From contig OZ223236.1 in assembly GCA_965140445.1 (NCBI GenBank), positions 2,784,001 to 2,848,000 of the forward strand: a stretch of 64,000 bases of DNA, read 5' to 3'. Numbering within the stretch: position 1 is the stretch's first letter; every line of letters begins with the position of its first letter. Made by a program: the position numbers and the translations under genes. Below are positions 27,163 through 35,748 of the stretch, one piece after another. This stretch comes from Candidatus Ozemobacteraceae bacterium. Lineage in GTDB: Bacteria > Muiribacteriota > Ozemobacteria > Ozemobacterales > Ozemobacteraceae. The notes beneath the pieces are model-generated. The model ran no database searches. It was not told the DNA's origin and worked only from the letters and a program-made list of their open reading frames with translations.

Positions 27163-28326
27163 ATGAAAAAATCCATAAAAATTATTTCAATAATTTGTGT
27201 CTTTATAATAGTTGGTTTATTTACTGTTGATGCAGTTCTGGCAGATGCTCTTTTCCTTATGGGCGAAGACGTTGCCCATCCGTCAGGGTTCGTTTTGACC
27301 GTAAATGAAATGACTAGAAAACCATTTACCACTGGTTTGGGTGGTGGTCAGAAAAGAGATGAAATTAGAATAAATCTTACAATGGTTAATGGCGGAGTTC
27401 GGTCCTTTAGAATCAACCCCCTTAAAGATTTTTCAATTGATTTGAGTCGAAGATATTCTTCTGAACTGGATTCTGAAGGCCAGGCGACCAAGGGAGAATT
27501 TAATTTGTTCCCTGGAACTCAAACCAGAGTGAACTTGTATTTCAAAGTGCCTCAGGAAGAAACCCTTGCTCCAATAATGGTTTTTAGTATAGACGATAGT
27601 TCTGTAAAAATTCTTTGTGACAGTGGAATGCAGAAACTAATAGATAAGGCATCCCAAGGCTTATCCACAGAAGAAAGCATTCGACTGGGAGATTTTTACA
27701 TTGAAGCCGGCAGGTTTTCGCAAGCTAAAGATATTGCCGAATCCGGTCTAAGAAGAGAACCTCTAAACAGCAGACTATTGCTACAAATGGCAGCGGTTAG
27801 TGATTTTGAAAACGATTATGAAAGCGCTGGCATGTATTTGCAAAGGATTGTGCCCGGTTCTGTTACCAGAGTTGAAGACGCTATGAAGTTAGCCAGACAG
27901 TCTTTTAAACTTGGGCAATATGATTTAACTATCAGTATTCTTGAACCTTTTAAAATGTCTAATCGACTTGATGAAAGTGAATTGGTAACTCTGGGTAGAG
28001 CTTATTATTACAATACTGATCTGGATGCAGCTGAACAAACACTTGTGGAGCTTGAGAGGAATAGATCCAAAAATAGTCTGGTTTATTTTACTCTTGGAAA
28101 TATTAAGGAAAAAGAAAATGCATATGATAAGGCGATTGAATATTGGAGAAAAACAGTAGAGCTTGATCCCGATTACGCTGAAGCATATTTTAATCTTGGC
28201 GTTGGCTATCTCAAATTGAATGACATTTCAACTGCAAGGGAATGCTGGTCGAAAGTTTTACTTTTGAACCCGGATTCTCAAACTTTGGAAGCCACAGAAG
28301 AAGCTCTGAAAGCAACCGACTATTAA
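27163..28326 (+). CDS. exported protein with N-terminal Ig-like (DUF4352-like) domain and C-terminal TPRs
   Basis: Signal peptide; beta-rich LFPGTQTRVNLYFKVP segment; TPRs such as AEAYFNLGVGYLKLNDISTARECW. Confidence 0.75.
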   Translation: MKKSIKIISIICVFIIVGLFTVDAVLADALFLMGEDVAHPSGFVLTVNEMTRKPFTTGLGGGQKRDEIRINLTMVNGGVRSFRINPLKDFSIDLSRRYSSELDSEGQATKGEFNLFPGTQTRVNLYFKVPQEETLAPIMVFSIDDSSVKILCDSGMQKLIDKASQGLSTEESIRLGDFYIEAGRFSQAKDIAESGLRREPLNSRLLLQMAAVSDFENDYESAGMYLQRIVPGSVTRVEDAMKLARQSFKLGQYDLTISILEPFKMSNRLDESELVTLGRAYYYNTDLDAAEQTLVELERNRSKNSLVYFTLGNIKEKENAYDKAIEYWRKTVELDPDYAEAYFNLGVGYLKLNDISTARECWSKVLLLNPDSQTLEATEEALKATDY

Positions 28327-28356
28327 ATTTGAAGTTAAAGCAACAGGAGAAATATA

Positions 28357-29340
28357 ATGGAAAAGAAAAGATTAGTTAGTGGAATGCGCAGTACAGGTGC
28401 TTTGCATCTTGGTCACCTTGAAGGCACCCTTAAAAACTGGGTTTCTCTTCAGGATAAATACGAATGTTTTTTCTTTTCCGCTGTTTGGCACGCTTTCACT
28501 GATCGTGTAAAAATTGATGAACTTCCAAAAATCATTGAAGAAATGATTGTAGACTGGATTAGTGTGGGGATTGACCCAGAAAAGTCCGTAATTTTCAGAC
28601 AATCATCCATGCATGAACACGCAGAGCTTTGCAATATTTTAAGCATGTTCACCCCATTGGGATGGTTAGAAAGATGTCCAACCTTTAAAGATGAAGTTAG
28701 AGATGATGAACAGCGCTCAAAGGTTTCTTTGGGAAAGCTCATGTATCCTGTTCTTCAGACTGCAGATATCAGTGTTTATAAGGGTGAAGTTGTGCCTGTA
28801 GGAAAAGATCAGGTTCCTCACCTTGAATTATCAAGAGAAATAATCAGAAAATTTAATGGAAACTACGGTGAAATTTTTCCTGAACCAGAAGCTTTTTTAT
28901 CTGAAGTTCCTTTGTTAATGGGTATTGATAAACGCAAAATGAGTAAATCATATAATAACGGAATTAATCTGCGTGAAACATCAGAGGGCCTGAAAAAGAA
29001 AATTCAGATGATGGTTACTGACCCACAGAGAGTTAGAAGAAATGATCCCGGTGATCCGGAAGTCTGCGCTGTTTATGCTTATCATAAAATTTACACAAAA
29101 GATAAATTAGAGGAAATTGCTGCAGGCTGTAAATCAGCTGGCATCGGTTGTCGAGATTGCAAAAACATGCTTTTTGAAAGACTGGATAGCACTCTTGAAG
29201 TTTACAGAGCCAAAAGAGCTGAAATTGAAAGTCGTCCTGGCTACATTCGCGATGTTTTGGAACATGGTGAAAAAAGAGCCCATGAAGTCGCGGGAAAAAC
29301 AATTGAAGAAGTCAGGAGAGCTATGGGTTTCATTTATTGA
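28357..29340 (+). CDS. trpS: tryptophan--tRNA ligase
   Basis: SGMRSTGALHLGH (HIGH), YPVLQTADI, VPVGKDQ, KMSKS. Confidence 0.97.
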   Translation: MEKKRLVSGMRSTGALHLGHLEGTLKNWVSLQDKYECFFFSAVWHAFTDRVKIDELPKIIEEMIVDWISVGIDPEKSVIFRQSSMHEHAELCNILSMFTPLGWLERCPTFKDEVRDDEQRSKVSLGKLMYPVLQTADISVYKGEVVPVGKDQVPHLELSREIIRKFNGNYGEIFPEPEAFLSEVPLLMGIDKRKMSKSYNNGINLRETSEGLKKKIQMMVTDPQRVRRNDPGDPEVCAVYAYHKIYTKDKLEEIAAGCKSAGIGCRDCKNMLFERLDSTLEVYRAKRAEIESRPGYIRDVLEHGEKRAHEVAGKTIEEVRRAMGFIY

Positions 29341-29359
29341 GATTCATTGAATTTTTTAC

Positions 29360-30208
29360 ATGGCAGGCTATCAAGTAAAACTCCCTGTATTTGAAGGTCC
29401 TTTTGATCTACTCTTTCACTTGATTGAGGATCAAAAACTTAACATATACGATATTCCTATTGCAGCTATTACAGCCCAATATCTTGACTACATCTATATG
29501 ATGGAAAGTCTTGATATGGAGGTTGCTTCAGGCTTTTTAATCATGGCGGCAACTTTGTTGGAGATCAAATCCAAAATGTTGCTTCCAAAAGACAAAAAAG
29601 AAGAGTTTGATGAGCACGAAGATGGCTTTGATGACGAATTCTTTGAGCAGGATGCAAGGTCTGAACTGGTAGAAAAACTTCTTGAATATAGAAGGTTTAA
29701 GTTAATTGCTCAGCAACTCCGGGAAATGGAGATTAATTCTTCAAGAATTTATACGCGCAATGTTGATTACGAAAGAAATCCAGAAGAAATTCTTGAAATC
29801 GATGTTGGGGCAAATGATTTGTTAAATTTCTATCAGGGGTTAGTTATAAGAAGAACCAACCCTCCCATTCATCGGGTAGTAATGGAAAAAATCGGAATTG
29901 TCGATCGAATTAAGGAAATTCGAAACCTTTTGTCCAGATTCAGGGGAGAAATGACTTTTAGTGATCTGTTAAAGGGAAAAAAGACAAAATTCGATGTGGT
30001 TTTGTCTTTCATGGCAGTTCTTGAAATGACCAAGGCTGGAGAATTAAGTGTTTCACAAAGCGCAAATTTTCAGCCAATTAAATTAAAAAGAAGTAAGCCT
30101 GGTAGCACTCAAGTTGTGGAAGTTGAGGCTGAAGAAAGTCTCGATGATGAATCTATTGATGAGTCGGCTAATATAGTAGGAGAAGCTGAAGATGACACAG
30201 GACACTGA
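29360..30208 (+). CDS. scpA: segregation and condensation protein A
   Basis: FEGPFDLLFHLI, IYDIPIA.IT.QYL, AATLLEIKSKMLLP, F.AVLE. Confidence 0.95.
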   Translation: MAGYQVKLPVFEGPFDLLFHLIEDQKLNIYDIPIAAITAQYLDYIYMMESLDMEVASGFLIMAATLLEIKSKMLLPKDKKEEFDEHEDGFDDEFFEQDARSELVEKLLEYRRFKLIAQQLREMEINSSRIYTRNVDYERNPEEILEIDVGANDLLNFYQGLVIRRTNPPIHRVVMEKIGIVDRIKEIRNLLSRFRGEMTFSDLLKGKKTKFDVVLSFMAVLEMTKAGELSVSQSANFQPIKLKRSKPGSTQVVEVEAEESLDDESIDESANIVGEAEDDTGH

Positions 30209-30998
30209 AGTTAATAGCAGCATTGGAGATTTAGAAAATACAAATCTTGATGCATTTAAAGATGTTGAGTTGGCGAATAACCACGAAGAAAATGAAAACA
30301 GTGAGAATGAGTCAAGTTCATCAGAAAAAATAGATATTTCACTTTTACAAGCAGCTTTAGACGGAATTTTATTTGTTAGAAATCATCCAATACCTATGCC
30401 TAAATTGGCAGAATTATTAGATGTTCCCATCGAAATCGCAGAAGAAGTTGTTAATCTTCGAAGAAAAAATCTTGAGCAGGATCCAACCGCAGGGTTACAA
30501 ATTGCAATCGTTGAAAAAGGCGTTCAGTTAGCCACTAAGGCTATGATTTCAACCTTCATTCAGAGAATGGAGGGGCAAAAACTTGTAACTTTATCTATGC
30601 CAGCTTTAGAAACCCTATCAGTAATTGCATTCAAACAGCCGATTACAAAAGCAGAAATTGACGCAATTCGCGGAGTAAATTGCGACGGAGTTGTTTCGAC
30701 CCTGTTAGAGAAGAAACTGATATACGTTTCAGGCGAAAAACCAGTTATTGGTCGTCCTAGAATGTATTCTACAACCCAGGATTTTCTCTATTACTTTGGT
30801 ATGAAGAGCTTGAAAGAGCTACCAGTGCCAGCTGTCGACATTCCTGATGAATTAACTCCTGAAGGACAAAAGGCATTAGAAAAAGGCGATAATAAGCAAT
30901 CAGAACTTGATTTCAACGAAAGTCAGGGACTGGTGGCGGTTGAACCCGAAGTTACTGAAGATGATGAGGTCACAGAATCTGAAGAAATGCCTTTATAA
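30192..30998 (+). CDS. scpB: segregation and condensation protein B
   Basis: LS.PALETLSVIAFKQPITKAEIDAIRGV, GRPRMYSTT..FL.YFG; follows scpA. Confidence 0.95.
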   Translation: MTQDTEVNSSIGDLENTNLDAFKDVELANNHEENENSENESSSSEKIDISLLQAALDGILFVRNHPIPMPKLAELLDVPIEIAEEVVNLRRKNLEQDPTAGLQIAIVEKGVQLATKAMISTFIQRMEGQKLVTLSMPALETLSVIAFKQPITKAEIDAIRGVNCDGVVSTLLEKKLIYVSGEKPVIGRPRMYSTTQDFLYYFGMKSLKELPVPAVDIPDELTPEGQKALEKGDNKQSELDFNESQGLVAVEPEVTEDDEVTESEEMPL

Positions 30999-31026
30999 TT
31001 AGATTGACTAAAAGGAAAGAGAAATA

Positions 31027-32343
31027 GTGATTGTAGAGTCTCCTTACCTTCAGCACCAGTTTGATAATGGCGCACGACTTGTTGCAGAGAAAATTGATAC
31101 AGTTCAAAGCGTTTCTGTTGGATTTTTCTTTAAAACAGGGGTTTTATACGAAGAGCCTGAACTTCAGGGCGTATCTCACTTTATTGAGCATATGCTTTTT
31201 AAGGGAACCGCCCGGCGTTCTGCCAAAGAAATAGCCAGAGAGTTCGACAGAATCGGGGGCTACCTCAACGCCTTTACGGCAAAAGATTACTGTTGTTTCT
31301 ATTCGCGGGTTGTGAAAGACAAGCTTGAAACAGCATTAGATGTTCTTTCCGATATGTTCATGAATGCATCCTTCGTCGAAGACGAACTTGAGCGTGAGCG
31401 AAAAGTTATACTCGAAGAGATAAAGATGTATGAAGACAGCCCTGACGAAATTATTCATGAGCTTCTTGGCCAGAATCTCTGGAAAAATTCAAAGTTGGGG
31501 AAACCTATCCTCGGAACTGCCAGCACAGTAGCAGACATGACAAGAGATGCTGTCCTGGAGGTTTTTCGAAAACAATATGTTTCCGGCAACATGATGATTT
31601 GTGTTGCAGGAAATTTTGAATTTAGCGAATTAATTTCGTTGCTCGAAAAGCAGCTGGTTAATATGCGTCCGGGTTCAATAAAAATAGAAAATGAACTGCC
31701 TGAACCTTCTTTTGATGCCTCGGTTTACACCAAGGAAATTGAACAGGTACACCTTACTGTGGGTGGCCCGGGAGTTTCATTTACTGATCCGGACAGGTTC
31801 CCAATTACAATTTTGAACGCTGCTTTTGGCGGTGGAATGAGTAGCAGACTTTTCCAGGAAATCCGAGAAAAGCGCGGGCTCGCCTATACTGTTTATTCAT
31901 ACCATACCTCTTTTAGAAATGCCGGTTTGTTTGGCATTTATGCCGGTACTTCCATTGAAAGCCTCAAAGACGTGCTGGATTTGTTCAAACAAGAGATTGG
32001 GTTGCTGGGCGAAAAAGGACTGTCCGACGAAGAGTTGCAGGATACAAAAGATCAGCTCAAGGGAAACATGTTGATTGCCCTTGAAAGCACTACAAATAGG
32101 ATGAATCGTCTGGCTACAGAATTTTTGTATGGCATTGCACCAAAAACTCCAACTGAAGCAATTGCTCCTTACATGGCAGTTGAACACAATGACGTTATAC
32201 AAATTGCAAAAAAACTAATTCAGGAAGACAGGATGGCAATTACTATGATTGCACCTTCCATGGATGCTGCAGATATGCTTGAAGAAAGCAGTTTCAGTGG
32301 CAGGACGGTTTTGCGGGAAAAACTTGGTAAATCTGGCAAGTAG
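31027..32343 (+). CDS. M16 (pitrilysin-like) zinc peptidase
   Basis: GVSHFIEHMLFKGT (HxxEH), NAFT, GGGMSSRLFQEIREKRGLAY. Confidence 0.93.
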   Translation: MIVESPYLQHQFDNGARLVAEKIDTVQSVSVGFFFKTGVLYEEPELQGVSHFIEHMLFKGTARRSAKEIAREFDRIGGYLNAFTAKDYCCFYSRVVKDKLETALDVLSDMFMNASFVEDELERERKVILEEIKMYEDSPDEIIHELLGQNLWKNSKLGKPILGTASTVADMTRDAVLEVFRKQYVSGNMMICVAGNFEFSELISLLEKQLVNMRPGSIKIENELPEPSFDASVYTKEIEQVHLTVGGPGVSFTDPDRFPITILNAAFGGGMSSRLFQEIREKRGLAYTVYSYHTSFRNAGLFGIYAGTSIESLKDVLDLFKQEIGLLGEKGLSDEELQDTKDQLKGNMLIALESTTNRMNRLATEFLYGIAPKTPTEAIAPYMAVEHNDVIQIAKKLIQEDRMAITMIAPSMDAADMLEESSFSGRTVLREKLGKSGK

Positions 32344-32365
32344 CTTCCAAAGAAAAGGAAATAAA

Positions 32366-33442
32366 ATGGGAAATATTTATAAAGAAAGAATTGAAAAATT
32401 ACAAAGTGCTCTTAAAAAAGAATTTCAGGCAGTTTTAGTCACTGACCTTTCCAATATTCGATATCTTTGCGGATATTCCGGATCAAATGGAGCCTTACTT
32501 GTTGGAAAGAAAAGCAGTACATTCTTTACTGATTTCCGTTACAAAGAACAATCAGCAAAAGAAGTCGGTGATACCGCTGAAATAATCATAATTAAAGATG
32601 GCTTAATTGTTGATATTGCCAAGAACATAAAGAAAAGAAAAATTAAAAAAATGGGCATTGAAAATTCTATGTCTATTGGGCAGTATTTTGCATGCAAAGA
32701 GGCTTTTGGCATCGAAATGAAGCAGGTCGGTGGCCTGGTTAATACTTTAAGACAAGTCAAATCTGCAGACGAAATCAAAAATTTCAAGAAAGCTTTTTCA
32801 ATTGCAGACAAGGCTTTCGCAGAACTTATGAAAGTAATTAAACCAGGCCAGACAGAGAGTGAAGTAGCGGCTCATCTTGAATTTTTTATGAAACAGGGCG
32901 GCTCTTCATATCCAAGTTTTGAAACTATCATAGCGTCTGGACCAAATTCAGCCTGCCCGCATGCTCATCCTACAAACAGGAAGTTAAAAAAAGGTGAAAT
33001 GCTGAAGATTGATTTTGGGGCAACATATAATGGTTATCATTCAGATATGACCCGAACTATTTTCCTCGGAAAAGCAACACCAAAATTTAAAGAGATTTAT
33101 TCCATCGTTCTGAATGCCCAAAAGGCTGCAATTGATGCTTTGAAGGTTGGAGTGGTCTGTAAGGAAATCGATGGAGTTGCTCGAAAAGTAATAACTGATG
33201 CTGGCTATGGGGAGTGCTTTGGGCATGGGCTCGGACACTCCTTAGGCTTGGAAATTCACGAATCTCCATCTTTGTCGCCCACATGCGCAGACAAAATTAA
33301 GCCTGGTATGGCATTTACAGTTGAGCCTGGAATTTATTTGCCAGGATGGGGCGGAATCAGAATTGAAGATGTTTATATCATCAAGGAAAAAGGAAAAACA
33401 CGCCTTACAGCTACACCAAATGAGCTATTTGAGCTGAAATAA
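32366..33442 (+). CDS. Xaa-Pro aminopeptidase (M24B)
   Basis: Start moved to ATG 32366 (AAGGA RBS); TDFRY, DFGA, SDMTRT, HGLGH, HE, EPGIY, GIRIED. Confidence 0.93.
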   Translation: MGNIYKERIEKLQSALKKEFQAVLVTDLSNIRYLCGYSGSNGALLVGKKSSTFFTDFRYKEQSAKEVGDTAEIIIIKDGLIVDIAKNIKKRKIKKMGIENSMSIGQYFACKEAFGIEMKQVGGLVNTLRQVKSADEIKNFKKAFSIADKAFAELMKVIKPGQTESEVAAHLEFFMKQGGSSYPSFETIIASGPNSACPHAHPTNRKLKKGEMLKIDFGATYNGYHSDMTRTIFLGKATPKFKEIYSIVLNAQKAAIDALKVGVVCKEIDGVARKVITDAGYGECFGHGLGHSLGLEIHESPSLSPTCADKIKPGMAFTVEPGIYLPGWGGIRIEDVYIIKEKGKTRLTATPNELFELK

Positions 33443-33450
33443 GAGAATCT

Positions 33451-33497
33451 AAACAAAAAAAATGAGCCGCTTATTGCTGGCTCATTTTTTTTTGTTT
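33451..33497 (+). terminator. intrinsic terminator after the trpS-scpAB-peptidase run
   Basis: AAAAATGAGCC(GC)...(GCT)GGCTCATTTTTTTTT hairpin followed by a U tract. Confidence 0.8.
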
Positions 33498-33561
33498 TTA
33501 GTTCATTGGCGAGTTCAGTCAGCAAAATTTAATGATTAAAATTTAAAGGCAAAGTTAAAGT

Positions 33562-33588
33562 TAAAGAAATAATACATCCTGTCGATAA
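33562..33588 (+). promoter_or_regulatory. sigma28 (FliA/SigD/WhiG)-like promoter
   Basis: TAAA-N15-GTCGATAA versus consensus TAAA-N15-GCCGATAA, upstream of a GGAGG RBS. Confidence 0.55.
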
Positions 33589-33624
33589 AACCACTGAAAT
33601 ACTGAAATCGCCGGAGGTAAATTG

Positions 33625-34293
33625 ATGAAACGAATTATTCCAGGAATGAGATTCTTTCTCATCCTAGCAGCAATTGCTATCGTGGCAGGTACATCCGGTT
33701 ACAAAAAAGCTAGCGCGGATTCCACCATAACAATTCCCGTTCCTGAAAGTTACAAAGACAAACAGGTAACAATTTCTTTGAGAATTCCGCCAAACACACA
33801 ACCATTGAATCGTAAGCAAGCCAGACCTAAGCTTAAATCACGCAAAAGTTTGATTGTTTGGCATAATAATCCTTCACCAAAAATTGATGCTAAAGATGAA
33901 ATTCACGGAATTTTTAAAACATTTCTGAAAAAAGGCTGGGTTAAAAATACTATCAGCAGAGAAATTATAAGAATGAGACCCATGGAAAAATATTATGCTG
34001 TGAGACTTCTTCAGCATATTACATCAAATGTAATCGAAATTGGTCAAGCGCCAAACTTCAGTAGAGTAGTAAGGAAATGCAATTTAACTACTTCTGATAT
34101 TGAAGATTTAAGAAGAATGTTGAAAAGGTTTGAAAAGGAACTGGTCATTTTTGGCTCAAATCCTAAAAATCTTGATAGAGATTTGCTCATGCTCCAGGAA
34201 AGATTCAAAAAGTCTCGCCAGGGAATTTTGAAAGTTCTTAGAGTAGAAGGCGCAGATGATGGAAGCACCTTAATTCATTTAAGTGTAGATTAA
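33625..34293 (+). CDS. exported protein with a degenerate SLH-like domain and coiled-coil stalk
   Basis: Signal peptide; FLKKGWV...RPMEKYYAVRLL...TTSDIEDLRRMLKRFEKELVIFG...LDRDLLMLQER resembles the SLH+stalk of OmpM-type proteins. Confidence 0.5.
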   Translation: MKRIIPGMRFFLILAAIAIVAGTSGYKKASADSTITIPVPESYKDKQVTISLRIPPNTQPLNRKQARPKLKSRKSLIVWHNNPSPKIDAKDEIHGIFKTFLKKGWVKNTISREIIRMRPMEKYYAVRLLQHITSNVIEIGQAPNFSRVVRKCNLTTSDIEDLRRMLKRFEKELVIFGSNPKNLDRDLLMLQERFKKSRQGILKVLRVEGADDGSTLIHLSVD

Positions 34294-34307
34294 AAAAATA
34301 TCTCAAA

Positions 34308-34340
34308 CAAAAAAGCCTCTGGAAACAGAGGCTTTTTTTG
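34308..34340 (+). terminator. intrinsic terminator
   Basis: AAAAAAGCCTCTG-GAAA-CAGAGGCTTTTTTT. Confidence 0.9.
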
Positions 34341-34413
34341 CATTGATTTTAATCAAATTTTACTCTAACCTTCTAAACCCGAACAAATGTTAAAGCAGGT
34401 ATAAAAGAATAAA

Positions 34414-35673
34414 ATGTTCAAAAATATAGTTTTCAGGAATAGAGAATTTAGACTGTTATGGTTGGCCCAGTTGGTTGCCTTTATTGGAGAAGGCGTTTTT
34501 CAGGCGGCTATGATCTGGTGGGTTGTAAAAATTACCGGCTCGGGAACTACGGTTGGAAAAATTGTAAGCATGAGTTTTTTGCCTGCAGTTCTAATCGGTC
34601 CTTTTGCCGGTACTCTTGCTGATAGGCTTAGACCTAGATTGCTACTTGTCGGGGCCGATCTGTTTAGAGCTGCTTTAATAGCTGTGTTCTCCTATATGGC
34701 TTTTACTGAACATTTAGTAGTTAATCAGCTTTATTGGCTTTGTGGTCTTTTATCAGCAGCCGGGGTTTTTCATTCACCAACTACTTTAACTGTCATTCCG
34801 CAGGTTGTTAAAGAAACTGAAATTGATGAAGCTATGGCTTTACATACAATAGTTAGAGATATTTCAAAACTCGCTGGCCCGGCTCTTGGGGGAATGATAA
34901 TTGCGCGATGGTCGGTTGGTCATGCTTTTGCGGTTCACAGCGCTTGTCTTGTATTTTCTGCTCTTATGGTAATGTTAATGAATATTGGGCATATAAAGCC
35001 AGAACCAACAGAGGAATCTGTAATTTCTCAGCTTAAGGGCGGCTTTTCGTATGCCTGGAGCCAGAAAACGTTGTTTACCCTTCTGATAAGTTTTGGAGTT
35101 CTCAATCTTTTTGTTGTGCCAATAATTGTTTTAATACCTCTTTCAATTCAGAAGATCTTTTTAGCAGGAAATTCAGCAGGTGCAGATGGGCTTATTAGCT
35201 TGGGAATTTTTTCCATAAAAGGTTCACTTGCCTTTGGAATAAGCGAAGGGGTACTGGCTTTTGGTTCTGTTATAACTGGTTTATTCTTTGTTAAGCTATT
35301 TTCTAAGGTAAGAAATTCAAGAATATTGATCGGTGCCCTTGTAGCAAACGCAGCGTTATTTTTTGTATTTAGCGTAAACACCCAATTTGCTATTTTCTTA
35401 ATTGGCCTGTTTTTGTTAGGAAGCTGCTTTACGTCTGTAAATGTTGCAGTTCTTTCTTTGTTTCAGGGTACAGTTGCCCAGGAAATGAAAGGAAGATTTT
35501 TTGCTCTGGTTGAAGTTCTTAGTTTTGCATTGTTCCCAATTTCATTAGCTGCAGCGGGTACATTGGCAGATAAACTTGGGGTAGAGAAATGCTTTTCAAT
35601 ATGCGGGGTTGGAATTGCAGCAATAGTGCTGATTTTGATTCTGAAAAAAGATTTAAGGGAAATTGATAAATAA
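34414..35673 (+). CDS. MFS transporter (DHA3/macrolide-efflux-like)
   Basis: About 12 TM; FRLLWLAQ, GPFAGTLADR motif A, GPALGG. Confidence 0.9.
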   Translation: MFKNIVFRNREFRLLWLAQLVAFIGEGVFQAAMIWWVVKITGSGTTVGKIVSMSFLPAVLIGPFAGTLADRLRPRLLLVGADLFRAALIAVFSYMAFTEHLVVNQLYWLCGLLSAAGVFHSPTTLTVIPQVVKETEIDEAMALHTIVRDISKLAGPALGGMIIARWSVGHAFAVHSACLVFSALMVMLMNIGHIKPEPTEESVISQLKGGFSYAWSQKTLFTLLISFGVLNLFVVPIIVLIPLSIQKIFLAGNSAGADGLISLGIFSIKGSLAFGISEGVLAFGSVITGLFFVKLFSKVRNSRILIGALVANAALFFVFSVNTQFAIFLIGLFLLGSCFTSVNVAVLSLFQGTVAQEMKGRFFALVEVLSFALFPISLAAAGTLADKLGVEKCFSICGVGIAAIVLILILKKDLREIDK

Positions 35674-35748
35674 TTTTCTTTTCCCCCTCCCGGACTTGAG
35701 AAAATTCTGTATACTTATAGAAATATAATTAGTTCATGGAGGGAACAA

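Noticed and set aside
28327..28356. T-box leader for trpS
   Set aside because: Only 30 nt of intergenic space.
32249..32365. N-terminal extensions on the M24 peptidase, ApbE (62154) and 26136 ORFs as called in the track
   Set aside because: The extensions overlap upstream genes or promoters; downstream ATGs fit better.
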